DNA from: the human T2T-CHM13v2.0 reference genome, Homo sapiens
Length of the DNA stretch: 64,000 nt
Strand: one strand, 5' to 3'
NCBI RefSeq assembly: GCF_009914755.1
Contig: NC_060937.1
This document shows positions 54,601-64,000 of the stretch, piece by piece (the stretch's first letter is position 1; each line of letters opens with the position of its first letter). Position numbers and translations under genes: made by a program. The notes under the pieces are model-generated. The model did no database searches, had not been told where the DNA came from, and was given only the letters and a program-made list of their open reading frames with translations.

Positions 54601-55009
54601 TGATGCAGAAGAGCAATCAGTCTCCCCTCTGCTATGGAATGTGTGAAAGCAGAAGTGAATCTCATTTAATGAGTCACAGTATTCAATTTCTTAGATTTTT
54701 CAATGGTCTTATACTGATAGTAAATTTTATATTTCTAAGAGAAATAATGAGTACATCTTAAATTTCTTTTTTGATCTTGTTTTCTGAAAGATAATCTACA
54801 TATAATTTTTCATTTTTAGTAAGCTTAGAATAAGAGAACTAAGTATGTTTTAAGTATGAAAGTAAATCTTATCAAGCTTAGTTGACTGGATGATTGAAAA
54901 GGACGAAAAGTGGTGAATCACAAAAAAGACATAAATGCACTTTTAATATTTCATTTGAAGTCAAAACATGTAAACATATATGGGTTTGCTCATCAGTTGA
55001 TATGTGAGT

Positions 55010-55225
55010 CAGTATATGGTATTTAAAGCTTGTTCTCTGGAACCAGATGTCCTGAGTTCAAATCCCATGAAAGATACTGAGCAGCTCTATAACTTAGGGA
55101 AATTATTCATTTTCTTGCCTCTCAATTTTCTTGCCTCTCAATTTTCTCGTTTGTAAAATTTGGAAGAAGAATATTAAATGAGTTAATTTTATAAAGCTCC
55201 TAGAACCCTGTGTGGCTCATGCTAT
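55010..55225 (+). mobile_element. MIR with internal 16-bp tandem duplication
   Basis: ctctggaaccagatgtcctgagttcaaatccca...attaaatgagttaat...taaagctcctagaac. Confidence 0.8.
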
Positions 55226-55259
55226 ATACATTTGCAAAATGTATATATGGTCCCAGTCA

Positions 55260-55730
55260 CTGCATGGCTATAAAAATGCATCTCAAGGGATTTTTGTAAT
55301 GGAAATGTCCTGTGTCTTGACTGTATTGGTGGACCCACAGATACACACATATGATGAAATTTCATAAACCTAAGCGCACCCGTGCACATGCACACATACA
55401 CACACATACACACATACACACGAGTGGCTGGGAAACCGGTAAAATCTGAATGAGATCAACAGACTATTTCAATCTCATCCTCATTATGATCTTGTACTAT
55501 AGTTGAGCAAGGTGATACCACTGGGGGCATATGGGATCTCTCTGTATTGTTTCTTACAACTGCACATGAATATGCAATAATGTCAAAACAAAAGGTTAAA
55601 AATAAATACATGGGCTATTGATAGTGGTAAGCATGTGTAGGGACAGAGGCTATACAGAAACCCTGTAATTTCCACTCAGTTTTTCTGTGAACCTAAAACT
55701 GCTATAAAATATAAAGTCTACTAAAACAAC
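55260..55730 (+). mobile_element. L1MC/MD-type 3' end with internal (CA)n
   Basis: ggaaatgtcctgtgtcttgactgt; tgtactatagtt; atgggatctctctgtatt..ttcttacaactgca; ctgtgaacctaaaactgct. Confidence 0.8.
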
Positions 55731-56183
55731 CAAACAGTGTTTATTTTTGTTTTAGGAGGAAATATGGTCAAGTCATATTTTTTTCTTATCCTTTCAATTT
55801 TGTCTGATTATCTTCCTTGTGATTTTGCCTAGATAAATCATACTCCGAATGCATATTCTGCAACTCAAAGATTTTATTCATTAGAGTAAAAAAGTTGAAG
55901 ATATTTTAATTGCCATGTGTGTTTCAAAGCTTATTGGTTTTTATATTTTTTCTCCATCTTTTATAGTGCCTCACATACACCTAATTCAATGGTAGCTCTT
56001 GCTGTTATTTTTAGAGATGTAACTTCTTCAGTTCTCACCAAATATGTCAACTTATTTTTAAAACACTGGTTTATTTTCATTTTACGTGTACATTTTATCA
56101 GATCTTTAAATATTTTTATTAAATTATTTAATTACAGTGGCAACCAGCAGAGTATAGCCATGAACATTCAAAGGTACAAGTGA

Positions 56184-56484
56184 GGCTGGGCACGGTGGCT
56201 CACACGTGTAGTTCCAGCTCTTCGGGAGGCCGAGGCAGGTGGATCACTTGAGGTCAGGAGTTTGAGACCAGCCTGGCCAACATGGGAAAACCCCGTCTCT
56301 ACTAAAAATCAAAAAATTAACTGGACGTGGTGGTATAGTCCCAGCTACTCCTATCAGGAAGTTGAGGCAGGAGAATCGCTTGAACTCAGGAGGCGGAGGT
56401 TACAGTGAGCTGAGATGAAGCCACTGCACTCCAGCCTTGGCAACAGAGCGAGACTCCGTCTCAAAAAAAAAAAAAAAAAAAAAA
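56184..56484 (+). mobile_element. AluS (Sx/Sz-like)
   Basis: Dimer with long A-tail; diverged TSD aaaggtacaagtga / aagacacaggtga. Confidence 0.95.
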
Positions 56485-56886
56485 GACACAGGTGAAAAAT
56501 TCAGATAATGGGAGTGGACATCTAAAAGGTGGGTGGCCTCCAGCAAGGACCAAGGCTCCCTGGATTTCCTGTGGCATAGTTTACAGCAGAAAGGGAAAGA
56601 TGGTTAATCCAGCCAGTTGACTAAGTGGAACTCTGTGCCGTGAGCGCCTGCTTTTGTTTTGGGATCACCAGCAAGACAGAGACATATTTATCTTGCCAGC
56701 TGCAATCCGCTCAACTTAGTGATTAACAGCTACTACTCCAGCTGGTCAGATATTTTTCTGACCTCCTCTAGTCTCTAAGCATATCTCTCTGCTTCTGTTT
56801 TAATAATTATTGTATAAGCATGAAAGAAGTAAGGGCAAAGTACCAGATATGTATATGCCTGAAGAAAATTAAAACTTGAAAGGACT

Positions 56887-57215
<329 letters not shown>

Positions 57216-57239
57216 CTAATGTATGTTTTCCTACCACAA

Positions 57240-57495
57240 TAGTTAACATATTATATCTGTGATTTGCTATGCACCAGATACTGGTTCTAATAGCCGATAG
57301 ATACTAACTCATTAATCCTCACAGATACCTTGTGAAAGCGGCGTAAGAACAATCTTCACCTCCATTTTACAAATGCGGAAAGGGGAAAACAGAAAGGCTA
57401 AATAAGTTGCCCAAGGCTATATATGCACTGTGACACAAATGAAATCTGAACACAGACGAAGTGTGTCGAGTCAGTGCAGTTCATCTCTCCACTGC
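57240..57495 (-). mobile_element. MIR
   Basis: aactcattaatcctcaca...ccattttacaaatgcggaaa...aaataagttgcccaaggc. Confidence 0.8.
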
Positions 57496-58441
57496 ATTGC
57501 ATCCTTTTGCATGATATTCTCTAAAGACAAATATCATTCTCTAAAGAATGGGCATTGAGGGCATTGGCACCAAAGAATTATTAAGCCAATGTCAGTTCAA
57601 TGTCATTCAGTGTTCCTATTTTGTTATAATGTTCAATGTATTCGTTATAGCATTTCTAAATCAAAATAAGGATCTTTATGTGATTTTTTAAACATTAATA
57701 GATGTATTTTATAACTAGACAGGAAATTATGAATAAATATATGTACTAATTGTAATTTATGCTAGTAAATTAGATAAAAAGTAAGCATGAATTATGAAAC
57801 GTTTTAAGTTAGGGAGCATTGATATAAATGTTACACCACGATTAAGAGTAAAGTTTAACAACAGTCTTCGGAAGTGTGGAAAATGGTTTTGATATACAGC
57901 TTTCATAAAAAGGAGCTTCAATGTTCACTCAGTGAAAGGAAAAGGCAGAAAGTAAATATGACAATAGTTTACCCATATTTTTAGGTTGTGGGAAATGTTT
58001 GCGCTTTTCTTCTATCTTTTCAAATGTATTTTTCTATAGGGACATAATAATAACTCATTAAAACATTAACATTGTAAAACACTTATTATACTATGCTACA
58101 AAGAAAGAAAACTGGTGCTATATAATTTTAATGATGGCGATCCTGAGTGTGGGAGAGGACACCAAGCCCCCAGATATTTGTTGGAGGTTCCTGACAGAGC
58201 ACTGTAAAAAAAACCTTAGTACAGCTGCTGTCTATTCTGAGCAGAATTCTAATAGGGGATGCTTAAAATAGAATGCCCCTCTTCCAGGAAAAATGACCAG
58301 ATACAGAAATAGTGTAGAAGGAATTAAAAGAGACTTACCTGGCTTGTTCGTATTTGTGTGAGTCTATTCCCTGACTCTGTGTCTGCAGAATTGAAGTTTC
58401 TGTTTAATTTCCTCTTGATAATATCAACTTTGGAAATACTA

Positions 58442-58501
58442 TTAGGTTGGTGTAAAAATAATTGCACCAATCTATAGTAATGACTTTTGCAGCAACCTAT
58501 A
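58442..58501. mobile_element. MADE1 (Hsmar1-derived MITE), rearranged
   Basis: TTAGGTTGGTGtAAAAaTAATTGC ... AATgACTTTTGCAgCAACCTA. Confidence 0.85.
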
Positions 58502-58551
58502 GTAATTCTAATATTATGAAATATTACTTATGATTTTTAACATTTAATTTA

Positions 58552-58717
58552 GTTTTTGTTTTTTCTTTTAGAGACAGGGTCTTGTTCTGTGGCCCAAACT
58601 GGAATGCAGTGGTGCAATTGTAATTCACTGCCATCTTGAACTCCTGGGCTCAAGTGATCCTCCCACCTAAGCCTCCCAAAGTGCTGGAACTACAGGCGTG
58701 GATGACCATGCCTCACC
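58552..58717 (-). mobile_element. Alu monomer (FRAM/FAM-like)
   Basis: Single arm: gagacagggtcttg...ctcctgggctcaagtgatcctcccacc..gcctcccaaagtgctgg. Confidence 0.85.
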
Positions 58718-59562
58718 AAAAATGATATTTTGGGCTTTTGCTTTTGTCTTGTTTCAAGTTGGATAACTGGCTCAAAATAATCTTTAAAATGTAATGAGAT
58801 TTTATGTTCTTACTATATACAATTTATATTATCTATATCTATATTTGTTTTCTTTGTGCTCCCTACATTTCACTATTTAGTTAACGCTCATGTTCACAAA
58901 GGAATTGAAGTTCTTGTTAGTAATCTATTGTTCAAACATTGATTATTTTTGACAGGCTGTCATAGGGTTTCTCTCAAAGTTTAGGTTAAAATTAGTACTC
59001 TGGCTTTTTTTCCTCACTGGTAAAATATTTTGGTTTGAAAATTTAAAAGTGTAATAAAGCATTTGACATTTTGGTATCTGTTTTTAAGTATTAAGAGAGC
59101 AAGGCCATAATGTAAACATGAAAACAAAGAAGTAGAAAAAGAACTCACCTAAAACGTTTTTGCTTGGCTATAAAATTTATAATTGCATAAGAATGTGTCT
59201 ATTGGCAATCAGAGGGAACTGAGAGAAATGTCTCCGTAGAATACACCTTATATAGGAGCAAGAATTTTTTTCCACAAAAAAAAGTTGTGGTTGTTTTGTT
59301 TTTATAATTGTAAAGGTTAATTCAATTTTTCAAGCTGGAGCTCATACCAGGTAGTACATGGGTAGACTAAATTTCTTTCTTCACTCAATTTGTCTTCATG
59401 AATTGAGCTTGTGAATTGGACCTGCATTCACATTGGAGTAAACTCTGGCTATGTGAACAGAAATAAAATCTTTACAGTTTTATCAAGGAAAAAATAAAGC
59501 ACAACTCTGTATGTTTGTTTTTTTTACTTTGTTACCTTTTCCAAAAAATAATACTAATAACC

Positions 59563-59908
59563 TGTATTCATTCATTTTATGCTGCTGATAAAAACGTGCC
59601 CAAAACTGGGTACTAAAAGAGGTTTAATTGGACTTATGGTTCCACGTTGCTGGGGAGGCCTCAGAATCATGGCAGGAGGCAAAAGGCACTCCTTACATAG
59701 TGGCAGCAAGAGAAAATATAGAAGAAGCAAAAGCAGAAACCCCTGATAAACCCATAAGATCTTTTGAGATTTCTTCACTACCGTAAGAATAGCACAGGAA
59801 AGACCATGATTCAATTACCTCCCCCTGGGTCTCTCCCACAATACGTGGGAATTCTGGGAGATAAAATTCAAGTTGAGATTTGGGTAGGGACACAGCCAAA
59901 CCTTATCA
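59563..59908 (-). mobile_element. THE1C-like solo LTR
   Basis: tgctgctgataaa...gaggtttaattggactta...gaagcaaaagcagaaacccctgataaaccc...ggacacagccaaaccttatCA. Confidence 0.93.
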
Positions 59909-61074
59909 GAGCCCAATTATTTTTATTCTATATCATTGTTATTTACCTTAGACTATCTGTTCTTAGGAGAAACACATTTTTCTAAATTCTCGGTAGTGCG
60001 AATAGAACTGTGACATACAGATTTTTATAAACTGTTTTTGATGACAAAGTTAACTAATTTCATTTTTATTGAGCATATTTTGTTACCTTTATGTTAAGAT
60101 AAGGTTGTTTAAAGACCACTATGAGAAAGAGTTCTCAATTAATTGCTAGATCTCTTTAGTTGCTTCAAATATATCATACTGAAGATCAAATATCATAATG
60201 TAGAAATTTGGGAAATAATTAATGTGAAGTCAGGTCTTGATCACTCTGTAAATTCTCTATCTGTGAGTATTGTTTCGTTGTATGCAAAGTAAATAGGTAA
60301 CTTCAAGCATCTTTTCATTTATATATTCTTCTGTCCTTTCTTTAATCACTTATTGTTTACCTCCTCTTACTAAAACATAAATTGAAATGCAGCCTTCTGC
60401 ATTATACCCTACACTTGAAAACACTAAGCTTAATATAATATGAATTGTGACCTGGTGTCTGTACAAGTAACAGGGTGGTGGAGGCAAATCATGAGAAACA
60501 TGCTATTTTCAACATTGTTCTTTGTGTCATTACTGGTTTAATGTATGCTTCCAAAATAATACCCCTGTTGTAAAAATCCTGAAAACCTAGTTTGTGCTGA
60601 AGTATGCTATTTTAATGAATTATAAATGACATACTTGACCCTAAGGAAGAACTAGGTGGTAATGAGATGTAATCTGTGCCTGACTAAACTACCTATTTCT
60701 ATATTAATTGATGGGAATTTTCATTACTCTGAGTGCTTCAGGAAGCAATTGATTTAATTTCAAATCAAGGGAACTTGTCAGAACCTTAAAATATAGGCTT
60801 ACGAAGAACTTTGTCAGTAGCAATTGTTCAAATTATGCACTGTCACTAATTAGCACCTTCTCAATGTGGCGAAGATCTGAGAAAAATCTTACATTATCTC
60901 CTGTGCTTTTCCTGGAGTGCTGTAATACATGTTCTTTAAATAAGGGCATGTTTAATAAAACATATTTTGTTTCCTTGAGAAATGACTGAAAGTCTTTAGT
61001 GGATTCAGGAAGACTCTAGAGATACCCAGGAAAATCCAATGGCCATGTATTAATTCCTCAAGGTATAGTAAGGG

Positions 61075-61152
61075 TTAGGTTAAACCATATGAAATTGCCA
61101 TTTTTGAAGGTCGATATGAATAAACATAAGCAATATCTTATGGCTGAAGCTA
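61075..61152. mobile_element. MADE2 mariner-derived MITE
   Basis: TTAGGTTaAACCATATGAAATTGCC ... GCAATaTCtTATGGcTgAAgCTA inverted termini. Confidence 0.8.
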
Positions 61153-62118
61153 TTGTGATTTGATGTCATAAACCAAATTTTACAAAATTCGTTTTTCCTA
61201 TGCTTTGTGTCTTAGCATAGCATAGGAAGCACAGAGTGTCTTTCTTTTTTCTTACCATAAGAGTTTTTTGAGAAAGTGAAGGTTATTTCAAAGCAATCGT
61301 CCATGCAAAATCATAAAAATGTATTGACAATACAAAACAGAAGGAGTAGCAATTTGTCTTTCAGTAATACTACTTTTTAAGAATTAAATAAAGGGTATTT
61401 TTTCAGTAGTTTAGAATTTTTACCTTAACCATAAACTCATGTATTGACAATAAACCTACAGTAACAGAATTTTAAGAATAATCTCTTTTTAAATTATTTT
61501 AATCTTAATGACCACATCAACTATTTAATGATAGTAGAAGTATTTTTAAATGTTTAAAACTAAACGTAATTCTTAATTTTCTTTATAAGTGTTACTTTAC
61601 AATTACTTATTTAATAAAATATTCTTATTAATAACTATTTTCAGTTCTTTAAACTTTATATTTTTTGATTTTTAAATTAAATTTTAAATAGACAATTTCC
61701 CTTGACTTCAGAAACATAAAAAGCTATTTGGGTCCATATTTAGTTTATAGAGATTCTTCATCATTGAGAGGAAGGGCATCTGAATGCATCATTTACATTT
61801 AAAATTTTAATAAAATCAATATATGCATCAGGCACCATGATGCACTGCACAGAAAATAAGATAATGATGAATATGACAAAGATAACTCATAGTTTAATGG
61901 GGAGAAAAATCTTCATGCAATCAAATATAAACATAATCCAATATAAGTGGAGTTTAAGCACTCCTTTTAGTCAGCATCATTTACTTTGCTCTGCATCCTC
62001 CTTGGTTCCAGTCTCCATCTCCACCTTCTTTATTTCCTTCTTTTTTTGGTACAATCAAAACCACTGCAATAAAAAAAATTAAATATATCTTTATATACTG
62101 TGCATTTAGTTATGGGAC

Positions 62119-62565
62119 TGTGCTGGGCCGAATGGCAGACATCCAAAGATGCTCATGTCCTAATTATGACTGTGATTATGTCTCTTTACATGGTTAAAAA
62201 ACTTCTTATAAACTATTAAGTTAAGGATATTACAATGGGGAGAACATCATGGATTATCTGTGGGCCCAGTAGAATTACAAGGGTCCATATAATGGAGTTG
62301 TAAGAAAGCCAGACAGAAGTGACATTGGAGTGATGTGGCCGGGGCCAGTGAAGGTCATTGGCCTTCATTCCACCTCTGGAAGCTAGATAATGAGGAAAAT
62401 ATTCTCTGCTGAAGCCTCTAACATGAGCCATTCCAACCAACACCTTGATTTCAGCCCCATAAGACATATTTCAGACTTATCTCCAGAACTGTAATAGTAT
62501 ACATTTGTCTTGACTTCAAACACATAGTGCAGTAATTAATTAAAGCAGCAATGGGAAACTAATCA
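62119..62565 (+). mobile_element. MLT1C/D MaLR LTR
   Basis: ccaaagatg...tggattatct..gggccca...cacaccttgatttcagccc...ctccagaactgtaa...gcagcaatgggaaactaatca. Confidence 0.85.
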
Positions 62566-63225
62566 AGGCTTTAGTACTTGGAGGTGGGGTGCCACTGTAC
62601 TCAAAAATGGTGAAGTTACTTTGAAATTGGGTGATGGGTAGAGAAAGAGACGATTTTGAGGAGTGTAATAAAAAGTGGCTATATTTCCTTGAACAGACTC
62701 CTAGTAGAAACATGTGCAGCTGGTGAGGTCTCAGAAGGAAGTGAGCAGCATGGTAGAGAAAATCTGTACCATCTAAGAAGTGACTAAGACATAATGCATA
62801 GAATACTGGTAAAAACATGAACATTGATAACACCGCTGGCAAGAACTCAAAAATAATGAATATGTTATCAGAAATTGGGGAAAAGGGAAACCTCATTATA
62901 TGGTGACAGAAATCTTAGCTGAATGGTATTCTATTGTTATTTGAGAAGAGTAATTTATAAGCAGCACATCTGTGTATTTAGCCTAGGATATTTCCAAGCA
63001 AAGTTCTGAAGGTGCCACCTGGTTTCTTTCTGATAGTCTAGTAAAATCCAAGAGAAAAAAAGAAAAGACAGATTGAGGTAAGGACTGTCAAGCAAAAATG
63101 AATCAGGATTTGATAATTTGGGAAATTCTCAGACTGCCCAAATTGCAAAAGAGGCTAAAAGTAGGAAACTCACTCTTAGGAATGCCTGCCCTGGAGAGAA
63201 AGCTAGCGCCATGGCTGGATAATAT
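62566..63225 (+). mobile_element. MLT1 internal sequence attached to the LTR
   Basis: gaggtggggtgc...ctttgaaattgggtgatgggtagag...ggtgaggtctcagaaggaa...gtgacagaaatcttagctgaat...gatatttccaagcaaagt. Confidence 0.8.
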
Positions 63226-63409
63226 TTGGTGGTGTGTCAGTTCCATAGTGATGAGGAAATCATGTTGTACGGGCCTGGGGAGCTTCAAAGGAGATCTTCT
63301 GCTTTGGCAATGAGAATATTTTCTTGATATTATCTAAACCCTTTTCCCTAGGAAAAATTTATCTTCTTCATAGTCCCTTTTGCCCTTTCTTGGAGGTTTG
63401 GTTTGTCTT

Positions 63410-63440
63410 TTGTTGTTGTTGTTGTTTTTGTTGTTGTTGT
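63410..63440. repeat. (TTG)n microsatellite
   Basis: Direct reading. Confidence 0.85.
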
Positions 63441-64000
63441 CCTTGTTTAGGTTTGGGGGTTTTGATTTATTTTTCTTTTGTTTGCACTATCCCGCCTGGC
63501 CATTTCTAAAAAGGGTTTTTGGAATTTTCTCTTCTTGGATTGATAAATTTTTGCAGGCCACATTTTGATGATTTACTTTATGAGCCCAAATATTATTTTA
63601 AATCTTGCACATTTAAAAGGAATTTTTATTTGGGCTTATCATTGCTTTGGTAACACAAATCGCCTAAAAATTCTGATCTGATTGTTTCTCATATGTTCAT
63701 AGTTCCAGAGGCCACACCAAAGAATTCCTTCATAGTTGTAACACTGAAGTCTGATTTGTTTCTGTGCACCTCTGCCTCTATGCTGCCATCTCTCAAGTTA
63801 ACAGCCACAATGTAAAGGTAGAAATCCAGACTTAATGTGATCATTGCCAGGGACGAAACATTATTAGCATTTACTCTAGAAAGCATTTAAAATCATATTG
63901 CCTACTGTTTGGGTTTCAGGAAGAGTTAGATTTTCCAATTTTGAGTCTTCAGGTTGTTATACTTTATAGTTACCATTTCACCTCTGCAAACAAGCCTTTC

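Noticed and set aside
63324-63509. LGKIY peptide reminiscent of DAOA/G72
   Set aside because: Only 5 residues match and the flanking sequence does not; coincidence

Overview
AT-rich, CpG-depleted primate genomic DNA. It is almost certainly human, because it carries an L1HS element with the human-specific Ta-1 diagnostic bases. The window reads as intergenic or deep intronic. I find no supportable host protein-coding exon, rRNA, tRNA or CRISPR array, and I cannot name the locus. It is dominated by interspersed repeats: about 11 Alus, one young 5'-truncated L1HS-Ta1 with a clean TSD, several L1PA/L1M fossils, L2, MIR, MaLR LTRs (THE1/MST/MLT1), an MLT2A/HERV-L 3' fragment with a disrupted dUTPase, LTR40, MER5A, MER58, MADE1 and MADE2, plus many microsatellites. 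The only ORFs with recognisable homology are transposon-derived. Best leads: (1) the L1HS-Ta1 insertion, which forms an inverted pair with a nearby older L1; (2) a ~120-nt imperfect fold-back at 10617-10737 just behind a splice acceptor; (3) weak candidate + strand non-coding exons; (4) several templated micro-duplication scars. I see no convincing evidence for a wholly new biological system. All repeat subfamily calls come from remembered consensus sequences and need RepeatMasker/Dfam confirmation.
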